Below are positions 9,698-20,415 of a stretch of DNA of 64,000 bases, one piece after another. The notes below the pieces were generated by a model that saw nothing but the letters and a program-made list of their open reading frames with translations, was not told the origin of the DNA and searched no databases. The first letter of the stretch is position 1; each line of letters begins with the position of its first letter. The translations under genes and the position numbers were made by a program. Location of the stretch: assembly GCA_963754945.1 (NCBI GenBank), contig CAVWIG010000018.1, forward strand, positions 96,001-160,000. Direction: 5' to 3'. The DNA is from Methanotrichaceae archaeon (GTDB taxonomy: Archaea; Halobacteriota; Methanosarcinia; Methanotrichales; Methanotrichaceae).

Positions 9698-10306
9698 ATG
9701 CTGAAATCCCGTCTGCCGACGGAACGAACCGACAGGGTGCTGTGCTGGTTCTCCAGGCTGGGCTTGGGCCCCAACCATTGGACAATGCTGTCTATGGTGC
9801 CAGCTTCTGCCGGCTTTCTGGCTCTAGCCAGCCATCGGCTGGCCGCGGGCCTCGTTTTATTTGCGGCCTCCGGGTTCATCGATATGGTGGACGGTGCTGT
9901 GGCAAGAGCCACCAACAGCTCAACCGCCTCGGGAGCTTTTATCGATGGTGTCCTGGACAGATATGTAGAACTTTTTCTATGTCTCGGGCTGACGCTCTAC
10001 CTTGGTCCCAAAGTCTTCCTACTTCTCCCCGTTTCATTCTGGATAGTCCTGATGATCTTTGGTTCGATCATGACAAGCTTTGTTCGGGCCTATGCTGATC
10101 ACAGGGGAGTGGTGAAGGACCCACTTCTCCAGAAGAGGATGGGAGGACTTCTGGAGAGAGCGGAGCGGCTCATGGTACTGTACATAGGAATGCTCCTGGG
10201 CATCTTCGACGTGAGCTGGCTTTTGTGGGCTGTCACCGTGGTGGCAGTCCTGTCCAATGTCACAGCTGTGCAGAGGATCATCTTCACCGTCCGCCACGGT
10301 AGATAG
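9698..10306 (+). CDS. CDP-alcohol phosphatidyltransferase (archaetidylinositol-phosphate synthase-like)
   Basis: DMVDGAVAR...GAFIDGVLDR motif, GLLERAER, hydrophobic segments. Confidence 0.9.
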   Translation: MLKSRLPTERTDRVLCWFSRLGLGPNHWTMLSMVPASAGFLALASHRLAAGLVLFAASGFIDMVDGAVARATNSSTASGAFIDGVLDRYVELFLCLGLTLYLGPKVFLLLPVSFWIVLMIFGSIMTSFVRAYADHRGVVKDPLLQKRMGGLLERAERLMVLYIGMLLGIFDVSWLLWAVTVVAVLSNVTAVQRIIFTVRHGR

Positions 10307-10486
10307 GAGAAGATAAACTATAGATTTAAATACTATCTAAAAACTGTAATTATTTCTTCTATTTTCTCAACCGTATATCAGTGATTGATTATGCCCACAT
10401 ATTCCTCATTTAATTAGAAAATTAATAAGAAACTGGTAAAGTATTTATATAACTTCTTCTTAATCATTATATCATGAACTTAAATT

Positions 10487-12322
10487 TTGATGGGGTGTAT
10501 AGCAATGAATGATAAAAGGGAGGGAGGATGGGCGGTCGGCCGAGCAATACGGATGTCCCTCGTGCTGGCTTTCCTGTTCCTGTTCGCCTCAGGAGCAAAT
10601 GCCTTTGATACCATTATTGTGAATCCCGGAGACTCTATTACAGGAAAAATAGCTAGTGCCGGATTTGGGGATACTGTACAAGTCAATCCAGGAACATACA
10701 CTGAAGATGTAGTGATCAATCAGGGCGTCATTTTAAGGGGCGTGGACAACCCAACGCTGACCAACGCCTCTCCTGGGAAGAACGTAATCGAAATAAGAAC
10801 CGCCGGGGTAACGGTCACAGGATTCAACATAACCGGATCCTCGGTCGCAGGAATCCTCGTAAATGGTAGCCCAGACCTCGACACAACCAAACCGGTAGTG
10901 GTCTACAATAACATATACGACAACGGCGTCGGTCTTGAGAATACTTTAACAGAGTTTCCGACAGACGCATACCGAAACTTCTGGGGAAAGTACGGCAGCG
11001 GCGCGGAGAAAGGCAAGCCTGGAGCGGGTTCTGGGACCCACGTCAACAACGACGTTGACATACATACAGTGAATTATGAACCCTGGCTCACTGCTTATTC
11101 AATCGATGGCAATTACACGGATGCCCTTCACCAACCGGGCTGCGATCTAACGAACATGCTCATACTAAATAACTCTGAGGCTGGGATTGATGTGGTGATC
11201 TCAGGAGGAAGTATCCAATTTGACGAAATAACCAATATGGGTTCTGCCCTCTACAATGCTTCGCCCTATCACGGCTCAGTGGCTTTGCCAGGAACTGCAG
11301 TAAAATACTATGACGTTTACGTAAAGAACTATTTCGGAGGCAGTTCTGCTGTAGCCTCGATGGATATAGACTATAGCAATGTCGTAAACCCCGGAGTTCT
11401 GGAGGATACCCTGACGCCTTACGTGCTGCACGACTCCAGATGGGAAGCCGCAAGCAATGTGGTGGTAGACAGCGTTCACCAGAAGGTACACGGAACCTTC
11501 CCAGTTTCGGTGCTCGACGGCTCGCCCATCGCTCTGGTAGGCCAGAGCTACAAAGTCACAATATTACCACACGCAACCCCGAACATACCAATATCGCAAA
11601 AGCCTGTGTTCTCCACGTTCATGATTGAATCGGTGGATGATATCGAAGCAGTTTATTATCAGCTGGACGGCCACAGCAGTGTCGGCTGGAATCCGATCTT
11701 GAGTGGCACTGGCATTGGCACCCTCGTCTGGGAGAACCCCGGATGGACCATCACCGATGGAGAATGGGCGAATGTGACCAACGGCACCCACACATTCTAC
11801 TTCAAGTTCACGACTACTAGCTCTGCAGTGGGGGTGAATGGAGAGATAAGCTGGCAATTCACTAAAGGGGGCGTAGTTCCACCAGTCAGCCCGATTGTTA
11901 TCACCAGCCCAAAGGCCGGCGACACGCTGACCAGGACTCCCTGGTTGATAACCTGGACAATGCCTTCACCGGAGAACGTGCTGTCAGTTGACCTATGGTT
12001 CGCTAGGGACGGGGACTTCACCATGAGGGGAGGTTTGAACAACCCGCTCCACCTGGTAACTCTGGGAGGGGATACAAGCTACCTGTGGAGGTCGCCGAAC
12101 TTCCGGACCGACACGGCAAAGATTGCAGCGGTTGTAATATACAACGACGGAACTCAGTTCGTAGGAATCAGCGACAACTTCAGCCTAGCCAAGGGATACT
12201 CTTTCCACGCCTACAAGCCGACTCCCAAGACGCCCTGGCAGTTAGGCTCAGGCATTTCCCATGCTGTAGTAGTCCTAGGATCGTGGTTCAAAAAACCGCA
12301 TATCCCATACGTCATCGGATGA
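10487..12322 (+). CDS. exported cell-surface protein (beta-helix/NosD-like N-terminus, Ig-like C-terminus)
   Basis: Signal peptide, GDTVQVNPGTYTE, VTVTGFNI, ITSPKAG...ITW...SDNFS; many N-x-S/T sequons. Confidence 0.7.
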   Translation: MMGCIAMNDKREGGWAVGRAIRMSLVLAFLFLFASGANAFDTIIVNPGDSITGKIASAGFGDTVQVNPGTYTEDVVINQGVILRGVDNPTLTNASPGKNVIEIRTAGVTVTGFNITGSSVAGILVNGSPDLDTTKPVVVYNNIYDNGVGLENTLTEFPTDAYRNFWGKYGSGAEKGKPGAGSGTHVNNDVDIHTVNYEPWLTAYSIDGNYTDALHQPGCDLTNMLILNNSEAGIDVVISGGSIQFDEITNMGSALYNASPYHGSVALPGTAVKYYDVYVKNYFGGSSAVASMDIDYSNVVNPGVLEDTLTPYVLHDSRWEAASNVVVDSVHQKVHGTFPVSVLDGSPIALVGQSYKVTILPHATPNIPISQKPVFSTFMIESVDDIEAVYYQLDGHSSVGWNPILSGTGIGTLVWENPGWTITDGEWANVTNGTHTFYFKFTTTSSAVGVNGEISWQFTKGGVVPPVSPIVITSPKAGDTLTRTPWLITWTMPSPENVLSVDLWFARDGDFTMRGGLNNPLHLVTLGGDTSYLWRSPNFRTDTAKIAAVVIYNDGTQFVGISDNFSLAKGYSFHAYKPTPKTPWQLGSGISHAVVVLGSWFKKPHIPYVIG

Positions 12323-12329
12323 ACCGATC

Positions 12330-12360
12330 GGCCCACAGCCCTGTGGGCCCTCTTATTTTC
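12330..12360 (+). terminator. hairpin plus T-rich tract
   Basis: GGCCCACAG-CC-CTGTGGGCC right after the stop codon. Confidence 0.55.
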
Positions 12361-12512
12361 CTCGTTTTTCGGCCTAGGTCTCAGGTTCTATTAGTTGCAT
12401 AATTGTCTTGAGCTGAGCTTAGCAGACCATCTCGTCTTTAATGAATCCGTGTATCGAAGACGGATGCTTCACAATGAGATTAGGAACCTAATTTAAAAAG
12501 GATTAAGAGGAA

Positions 12513-12812
12513 TTAGAGCAGATCGAGGGCCTCCTTGCCTGACATCCCTACCTTTATTCCCAGACTTGCTGCGGCGTCGTTGGCATCTTTTATCACTCCG
12601 TCCAACAGGTCGTCTATCGTGGCAATGGAGCTGCCGCGATTTGGTTTGACCCTGGCGGCTGGATAGCCGAAGTTGTTCAGGGCGGTCACGTCAAAGGCCC
12701 CGCAGCCAACCATTCCCACGTCGGTAACCACATTGACCAGGTTGACCTTGCCTAGAGGGATGACGTACCCGTCGGCCTGTTTCCTGGCCAACTGTACTTT
12801 TGTGTGAATCAT
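12513..12812 (-). CDS. YunC/DUF1805 family protein
   Basis: GMVGCGAFDV...AARV...TIDDLL...GIKVGMSGKEAL; likely start ATG 12812. Confidence 0.85.
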   Translation of the reverse strand: MIHTKVQLARKQADGYVIPLGKVNLVNVVTDVGMVGCGAFDVTALNNFGYPAARVKPNRGSSIATIDDLLDGVIKDANDAAASLGIKVGMSGKEALDLL

Positions 12813-13019
12813 CTCAATAGCCTCTCTTAGTTTTTCTCCTCTTCGAGTCGCCACTGTTCCAGCTGCTTGATTTGTACAGTTCTGGCATAGAAAGATGATA
12901 AAGGCTCTGTTTCGGGCAACAACCGTTCTAACCAGCGATGAAGATGAATGGCTTAAATGCCAGCCTCTGCCGGGCTGCATCCTTATGACATTCCCCTCGC
13001 ACGGCCTGTTGCAGTGTCT

Positions 13020-13250
13020 CCAATCATTGAAATAGGTGTTTAGAATTGAGTTAGATAAGTACATCACACAGTTTCGGTCCTGGGGAGTGGTCCAGGCCGA
13101 AGACGTGACCAAGTTCAGCGTGGCCTCTTGAGAACTCTGCGCTAGAAAGATCTTCGTCCTCTGGCAATCAGTAGAACTCCGTCCTGAGAAGCCTAGGGGA
13201 GATCAAGGCCCTCCGATACGCCAGCCGAGGATAAAGTTAAGGCATCAACG
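13020..13250 (-). pseudogene. archaemetzincin (AmzA-like zinc protease) remnant, 5' half missing
   Basis: Across frameshifts and stops reads LNFILG...RLLRTEFY*LPEDEDL...RVLK...ELGHVFGLDH...NCVMYLSNSI. Confidence 0.75.
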
Positions 13251-13319
13251 ATTCTCATCCCCTCAAGACAAGTCATGAAGATTCTCTACAGATATTCATG
13301 TGCGGGGATGAGAATCGAT
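13248..13319. repeat. 14-bp perfect inverted repeat whose left arm overlaps a 17-bp copy of SRP RNA sequence
   Basis: CGATTCTCATCCCC ... GGGGATGAGAATCG; 13251-13267 is identical to 27560-27576. Confidence 0.85.
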
Positions 13320-13766
13320 ACATCTTTGACCCCATCCGTATGCTCTTGAATCTCCGGGAGTTTTCAGTTGATACACTATTATTTTACAACAAAAAGATAT
13401 TTATAATAGAAAACAATAGATATACTTGAAAGGGTTGAAACCCTTTCCGCGAGATGGGAACTGGGATGTAGCAAGGAGGAAAAGTTGGACCGTTTCGCAG
13501 GGCCTCGGTATTGGATTGGGCTGATACTGATCCAGGTACTCGGCCCTCGCTGCGGTTTAAATATGCTGCGCGTCGATAAATCAATTCCTAAGTTAATTAA
13601 CCTAATTAAAAACAAAAGATAGATATAGAAGTAGGTTATAACCTTAAATTGTCGGCGAGAAGTGGTCCTCCTTAAATCTTCTCACCCTCCTCCTAATTAT
13701 CAATGAGAGTTTCGAAAAACTAATCAATCGAAATACTTATATACTATTAATACTATAATATAATGC

Positions 13767-14828
13767 ATGAGGACTCTCATTGATTTTGCCATTCGAGCAG
13801 AATATGCTCGAGTAAAAGCCCTCGGAGATGATCTATCCGAGATCGGATCGTTGATCAATTGGGAGCGTTTCAGATTTTTGGAACCATTGATATACAAAAA
13901 TAAAACTAGCCGCGGAGGTCGTCCGAACATTGACATCGTGATTATGGTGAAAGCTCTCGTAATTCAGCATTGGTTTGGTCTAACAGATCCAGAACTGGAG
14001 CGACAGGTTGCGGATAGGATCTCTTTTCGTATTTTCCTTGGCACCACTGAAGTAATTCCTGATTTCAGCACAGTTTGGCTATTCCGTGAACGTTTGATTA
14101 AGTGCGACGTATACGATGATCTTTGGAATGAGCTTCAAAGGCAGCTCGATGAGATGGGGTTTACTGTAAAGAATGGCACTATCCAGGATGCAACCTTCAT
14201 AACTTCGGACCCAGGTCGGAAGAGGAACAAGAAAGACGAGCAAGGCGGGGACAAAAAGGAAGGTCAAGATTCCGAAGCCACCAGTACGAGCCTGAATCAG
14301 GAGTTTGATAAAGAGCTAATTGGTATTTCAAATAATATTATTGATGACAAGGCCAAACCACAGAGACTCGAAGAAGAGCCAATAAATGAGGGAAGTTGGG
14401 CAAAAAAGGGTGTCAAATCCTTTTTCGGATATAAAGGTCATATCTCAATCGATACCAATTACCACCTTATCAGATATTTTGAGACTACAACTGCTTCTGT
14501 ACACGATAGTCAGGTAGATCTTGGAATTGAAGGGCTACCACGTTACGCCGATAAGGGATATGATGGTGCAAAAACTCGAGGATATGATGCAGCCATGAAA
14601 AAAGCTACAAGAGGTCACAAGCTTGGAATCATAGATCTTCTGAGGAATAAGAGAATCAGTAAAACGCGATCGCACATCGAAAGATGCTTCGCTGTTATGA
14701 AGCGGGGGCATAAGGGAGCACATGTTTATGTAACAACTGTCGCAAGAGCTGGAGTAAAATTCATGATGAATTCGGTCGTTTACAACCTGGAACAGTTGAA
14801 ATATTTAGTGCATAAACAAACAGCCTAG
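13767..14828 (+). CDS. IS5-family transposase
   Basis: GGRP, PDFSTVWLFRE, IQDATFI, GYKGH, HDSQ, ADKGY, IERCF. Confidence 0.93.
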   Translation: MRTLIDFAIRAEYARVKALGDDLSEIGSLINWERFRFLEPLIYKNKTSRGGRPNIDIVIMVKALVIQHWFGLTDPELERQVADRISFRIFLGTTEVIPDFSTVWLFRERLIKCDVYDDLWNELQRQLDEMGFTVKNGTIQDATFITSDPGRKRNKKDEQGGDKKEGQDSEATSTSLNQEFDKELIGISNNIIDDKAKPQRLEEEPINEGSWAKKGVKSFFGYKGHISIDTNYHLIRYFETTTASVHDSQVDLGIEGLPRYADKGYDGAKTRGYDAAMKKATRGHKLGIIDLLRNKRISKTRSHIERCFAVMKRGHKGAHVYVTTVARAGVKFMMNSVVYNLEQLKYLVHKQTA

Positions 14829-14973
14829 CGGAAGCTCTCTAAAAAAGCGCAAAAATTAGAAACAACAAGGTAAATTGAAATCTAATAAGCCAATTTAGGG
14901 GTGAAATATGCTAAAAAACCACTATAAAGATTGAAAATATTAACGCAAGAATTTAAGGCTTCATTAACCAACA

Positions 14974-16062
14974 TAGGACTTACGCAGTTGAAGCATTCGA
15001 CAATGAATAAATAGGATATTTTATATACTCGCGAATTGCCTCACGAATAATTCTTCGCTTAGATTCGAACCAACTCATTCCCATTCTAAGCCTTTCTACT
15101 TCTAATCTGAGAAACGCTCTCAGGGAGAACATTATGTGTGCTCTCTGGGACTGACTTTTTCTTGCTTGACAGCTTTCGACTCCACAGAATTGCTTTATTC
15201 CCCTGTGATATTCCTCAATCTTCCAGGAATATCCACCAATTTTTTCGCGTTTAGCTTCGTCCATCTCCAGCACGTCAGTTGCCCAGTATCCTATGTCGCC
15301 GTCATTAGAGACTATCTTGAATACTTTTATAAAACCATAAGCTTTTAAATGCACATCCCTGCCTTGCAGCGGTATCTCTATCTCCTGGATTTGCATGTTT
15401 TTTGTGTTATCTGGATTCACCAGCCTATTTTTCTTCAATCGGGTCAGCCAGTGCCATCCAGACTTCCGTATGGTTTTGAGATTATCTACACTGGCGTACC
15501 AGCTATCGAAGAGAACAATACGGGGCTGAAAACTTCGTTCTTTTGCTTTGGCAAGCATATCCCGAAAATGATCATTTTTTGTCTTGCCGTCAACATCTAT
15601 ATCGTAGATTCGGAAATCAACGGGAATTATGGCGTTTCCATCTGTCCACAGCAACGTACAAATATTGATTCCATTCACCAGTCGATGCTGTTTTCCACTC
15701 CATTGATGATAAACTAGGCTCATATTTTTGGCATACGGCTTGTCCAACGTCGTATCGTCAATTACCAAGAAACCATTTTGAGGCTGAACAATATTCTTTA
15801 CTTCATTCCACAACGTATCCGTATCTGGAGGCTGTCTTTGTAGAAGACGGGTAAATGCATCATGCGATGAACTATTTTCTCCGACTGGCTGACACCTTGC
15901 GGCTTCGGTACAGGTAAAAACATCTACTGATGCTATCAGAAAGTGAATATAATCAAGATCATCGCACTTGGAAGGATTCAAGTTCAGCCCTATTCCATTT
16001 ATTTGTAGGTCTTAATATAGTCCATGCAATATAAGAAGATTCTGCCAAGTGCGTAAGTCCTA
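14974..16062 (-). mobile_element. IS701-family element (transposase 14980-15981)
   Basis: TIR TAGGACTTACGCA, TSD CCAACA; IDDTTLDKPY, FDSWY, WKIEEYHRGIKQ. Confidence 0.92.
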
Positions 16063-16372
16063 CCAACACTAAATCGAAACCCTCCAATGTTTATTCTGCT
16101 TCGAGATTCTCAATTGCTTTTGTTACGTCGTAGATGGATCGTTAGCAATTGCATCAGCTCTCTGAGCGCTTAAAGTATTGAGCGTATCGCATGATCTATC
16201 TACTCAGTACTCTGTTTGTGTAAGCAGTCGCTCCAAGTAACTCAGTCGATCTAGTTATGGGTAGCGCTAGCAATTTTGTTTGGGGGCTAGAAAAATTCTT
16301 ATATTACAAATATACTTAGATTAGTAAGCGAACTACGGTGTCGAGTGGACTATAATTTCCCGGTGAAAAGCA

Positions 16373-17038
16373 ATGGTAAATAAAAAGAAGATCAGATCTT
16401 TAACCCTATATATTTGCGCAATGCTAACCATAAATGTATTTCTCATCTCATCGATAAGCGCGATGGAATATTCGTTCTACAACGGAACTTATTTTTCGGT
16501 TGAATATCCTGTAACAGGGCAGGTTGAAGAAAACAACACTAGCTTAAATTTCTCTGATGAAAATACGGGTCATTATGTTTCCATCGAGACAGGGAAAAAC
16601 TATCCGACCATCGCTATACTAAATAATTATAGCACTTTTGTTAATGGATCACTTGATGAAATGACCATGCATTTCCTCGAGACGCTAAAATTTAAGTCGC
16701 AAGTAACAAGCCCCGGAACTGGCGGCAAAGAAAATACTAATAATACTCAAGTAATGAGCCCTTACCAAAAAGAAAATGCAAAAAGTTGGAATGACAGGGG
16801 CGTTGATCTCTATGCTCAAGGCAAGTACGATGAGGCATTAAAATGCTATGATAAAGCCATTGAGCTCGATCCACAATTTTCACCGGCCTGGAACAATAAA
16901 GACGCAGCTCTTTTTGCCTTAAATCAGAGGATAAAAATGCATGGCATAGCGAAGGCTTCGCTCTCAAGACGCTCGGTTACACGGTTCAGTCCTATCCACA
17001 ACTCTTTTCATGAATTGCCCTATATTGCTATAGGCTAG
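16373..17038 (+). CDS. exported TPR-containing protein, probably C-terminally truncated
   Basis: Signal/TM segment; AKSWNDRG...YDKAIELDP TPR; second TPR breaks off. Confidence 0.7.
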   Translation: MVNKKKIRSLTLYICAMLTINVFLISSISAMEYSFYNGTYFSVEYPVTGQVEENNTSLNFSDENTGHYVSIETGKNYPTIAILNNYSTFVNGSLDEMTMHFLETLKFKSQVTSPGTGGKENTNNTQVMSPYQKENAKSWNDRGVDLYAQGKYDEALKCYDKAIELDPQFSPAWNNKDAALFALNQRIKMHGIAKASLSRRSVTRFSPIHNSFHELPYIAIG

Positions 17039-17493
17039 TGAGATGAAGGCAAGGTCATTGTGAGCTTACTGGTAATCTCTGGAATGGTACTATGAGTAGG
17101 CAACCTCGTATCGTTGGGATCATCGGATTATTCCAGATATTCTCTAAGTTGCTATATCTCATCCAGGTATCATTCAAGTTGCTTTAGCTCTTCCGCGGTG
17201 AAGCAATCATCTATGCTCTCCCTATTGTATTCCTGTTGTCACTCTTCCTCGGTGAAACCGCATTGTTCTACTCGTGCCTTATCCATATCCGCCGCTATCT
17301 TAGGGTCATAACCAAAAATCAATTCTTCATAAGGCAGTTGTAATTGTAATGCCTTCTCTCTCCCTGTAACATACCAATAGAGTTTCAATTGACCATATCT
17401 GAAATGATCAAAAAGGGAATAAGCTCCGTAGAGCTTAATTGAACAAGGATGGAGTCTACGCCATGCTTCTAAACCAGCCAGGGAGACTAGCAA
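16923..17493 (-). pseudogene. decayed gene of unknown function
   Basis: Frame continues through several stops with internal repeats FTEEE / FTAEEL and QLE*YL / QLREYL. Confidence 0.35.
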
Positions 17494-17762
17494 AAAGCCT
17501 TGATTTCACAAATGCAAACTTAGCATCTTCTTTAAGTACTTAAAGATATGAATTATCATTGGAGGATAATTGAGGCGGATTCTTGCTCCGTTGATAGTTC
17601 TGCTCATGGCGCAGCGGGAGTAAGGGGGCATCCTATGAAGCCTAACGATGGTTTCTGCCCGATCCGTACGGGATACATGTAGACTATATCTGCTAAAGTA
17701 TTAATTTGATACTTACGGATCTGATACGAAAACATTGGTTTGTCAAACAAAGGAGGAAATCT

Positions 17763-18443
17763 ATGAAAAACAAAATAATTGTATTGAGCGACATCCACAT
17801 CGGTGACAATTCGCCGACTTGTTGGTATCAAAAAAGCGTTCATGAACAGTATTTGCTGACAATTCTCGATTGGGTTGTGACAAATGCCGCGAATGTGAGC
17901 GAACTCATCTTGGCAGGTGATGTTGTTGATACCTGGACCTATCCGTTCAATGTTCAACCGCCTAGTTTCGCAACGATCGCCTCGAAAAACCCTAACGTTT
18001 TCGGGCTGCAAGGAGGGCTGGCAAGCGTTCTCGATGCTCTAGGCGGAGCCGTGACGTACATCCCTGGAAATCACGACATGTTAGTAACCGAAGCTGATGT
18101 TGCCTCAGTCACGAGCCCAGGCGGACATCATCTCCGGTTCTCCAGAAAAAATTACAATCCGGGGGGCGATTCGCGCATACTTGTGATGCATGGCAACGAT
18201 TTCACGATGTTCAACGCTCCCGATTTGACTACCAAGTGGGCCCCATTACCTGTCGGACACTTTGTGACCCGGATTGTTGCCACGTATTGGCAATCTCACT
18301 TGCCACCCGGCAAAAATGTATCGGAAATCAGAGATCAAGGTTATCCCAATGGCGTAAACTTGCTGTCGATCATCGAAAATGTACTGAAGAATGTAAATGT
18401 ATCGTACTTGCTCAATATTACGTTGAATTCCCCAATCGAGTGA
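17763..18443 (+). pseudogene. calcineurin-like metallophosphoesterase, probably truncated at ~18398 by IS66
   Basis: SDIH, AGDVVD, GNHD, MHG motifs; last metal motif absent. Confidence 0.75.
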
Positions 18444-19130
18444 GTGCATGGACCAAAAATTATTAATACATATATCTAAAATATTTTGTTTGTGCCAGAT
18501 ATTATACACGAGGCCATAATCAACCTCGATGTAGACAAGATCAACTTCGACGATAAAGAAGCGATGAAAGAATTGATCCTCCAGCTTCTAAGCACAATAG
18601 AGCAATTAGCCCAGTCAAATCAAGAACTCCGCAAAGACAATCAACAGCTAAAGGATGAAATAAACCGGCTGAAAGGTGAGAAAGGCCGTCCTAAAATACT
18701 GCCGGACAATCCTGAATACCAGGCTAATGTGCCGAAGGAAAAACCCAAAAAATGGCATAAAGATAGCAAGAAACCAAAGATAAAAATCGACAGGACAGAA
18801 TACATTAAAATTGATAAATCGATTCTTCCACATGATGCCAAGCATAACGGCTATAGACGGGTCATAAAGCAGAACATAAAATTTGAAACCGACAACGTGG
18901 AATATTGGTTGGAACGCTACTATTCGCCGTCCCTGAAAAAGACCTATGAAGCAGAACTTGCCGAGTCCCTTAAGAACACGGAATTTGGAAGTCATCTGAA
19001 AGCATTCATCGCTTACCTCTACTATGCTGGAAGGGTTACTGAGAATAGGATCCACAAGATCCTAGAAGAGATCGGCATAATAATCTCGGAAGGCGAGATC
19101 TCAAACATACTGACCAAGGAAAAGAGCAAT
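18399..19130 (+). mobile_element. IS66-like transposase 5' fragment cut by IS5
   Basis: Coiled-coil LKDEINRLKGEKGRP, FG..LKAFI, ISEGEISNIL; GTA-starting left end is tentative. Confidence 0.65.
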
Positions 19131-20415
19131 GAGAGTTTCGAAAAACTAATCAATCGAAATACTTATATACTATTAATACTATAATATAATGCATGAGGAC
19201 TCTCATTGATTTTGCCATTCGAGCAGAATATGCTCGAGTAAAAGCCCTCGGAGATGATCTATCCGAGATCGGATCGTTGATCAATTGGGAGCGTTTCAGA
19301 TTTTTGGAACCATTGATATACAAAAATAAAACTAGCCGCGGAGGTCGTCCGAACATTGACATCGTGATTATGGTGAAAGCTCTCGTAATTCAGCATTGGT
19401 TTGGTCTAACAGATCCAGAACTGGAGCGACAGGTTGCGGATAGGATCTCTTTTCGTATTTTCCTTGGCACCACTGAAGTAATTCCTGATTTCAGCACAGT
19501 TTGGCTATTCCGTGAACGTTTGATTAAGTGCGACGTATACGATGATCTTTGGAATGAGCTTCAAAGGCAGCTCGATGAGATGGGGTTTACTGTAAAGAAT
19601 GGCACTATCCAGGATGCAACCTTCATAACTTCGGACCCAGGTCGGAAGAGGAACAAGAAAGACGAGCAAGGCGGGGACAAAAAGGAAGGTCAAGATTCCG
19701 AAGCCACCAGTACGAGCCTGAATCAGGAGTTTGATAAAGAGCTAATTGGTATTTCAAATAATATTATTGATGACAAGGCCAAACCACAGAGACTCGAAGA
19801 AGAGCCAATAAATGAGGGAAGTTGGGCAAAAAAGGGTGTCAAATCCTTTTTCGGATATAAAGGTCATATCTCAATCGATACCAATTACCACCTTATCAGA
19901 TATTTTGAGACTACAACTGCTTCTGTACACGATAGTCAGGTAGATCTTGGAATTGAAGGGCTACCACGTTACGCCGATAAGGGATATGATGGTGCAAAAA
20001 CTCGAGGATATGATGCAGCCATGAAAAAAGCTACAAGAGGTCACAAGCTTGGAATCATAGATCTTCTGAGGAATAAGAGAATCAGTAAAACGCGATCGCA
20101 CATCGAAAGATGCTTCGCTGTTATGAAGCGGGGGCATAAGGGAGCACATGTTTATGTAACAACTGTCGCAAGAGCTGGAGTAAAATTCATGATGAATTCG
20201 GTCGTTTACAACCTGGAACAGTTGAAATATTTAGTGCATAAACAAACAGCCTAGCGGAAGCTCTCTAAAAAAGCGCAAAAATTAGAAACAACAAGGTAAA
20301 TTGAAATCTAATAAGCCAATTTAGGGGTGAAATATGCTAAAAAACCACTATAAAGATTGAAAATATTAACGCAAGAATTTAAGGCTTCATTAACCAACAC
20401 TAAATCGAAACCCTC
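19131..20415 (+). mobile_element. IS5-family element copy 2 (transposase 19193-20254)
   Basis: Same sequence as copy 1; flanks CAAT versus ATTA do not match. Confidence 0.93.

Larger units (their letters stand above)
13705..16084 (+). mobile_element. IS5-family element copy 1 (IS701 inserted in its right end)
   Basis: TIR GAGAGTTTCG / CGAAACCCTC, TSD CAAT. Confidence 0.92.

Noticed and set aside
12813-13112. Long N-terminal extension of the YunC ORF (199 aa in the ORF track)
   Set aside because: The extension runs through the amzA remnant; the real start is ATG 12812 with a GAGG RBS.
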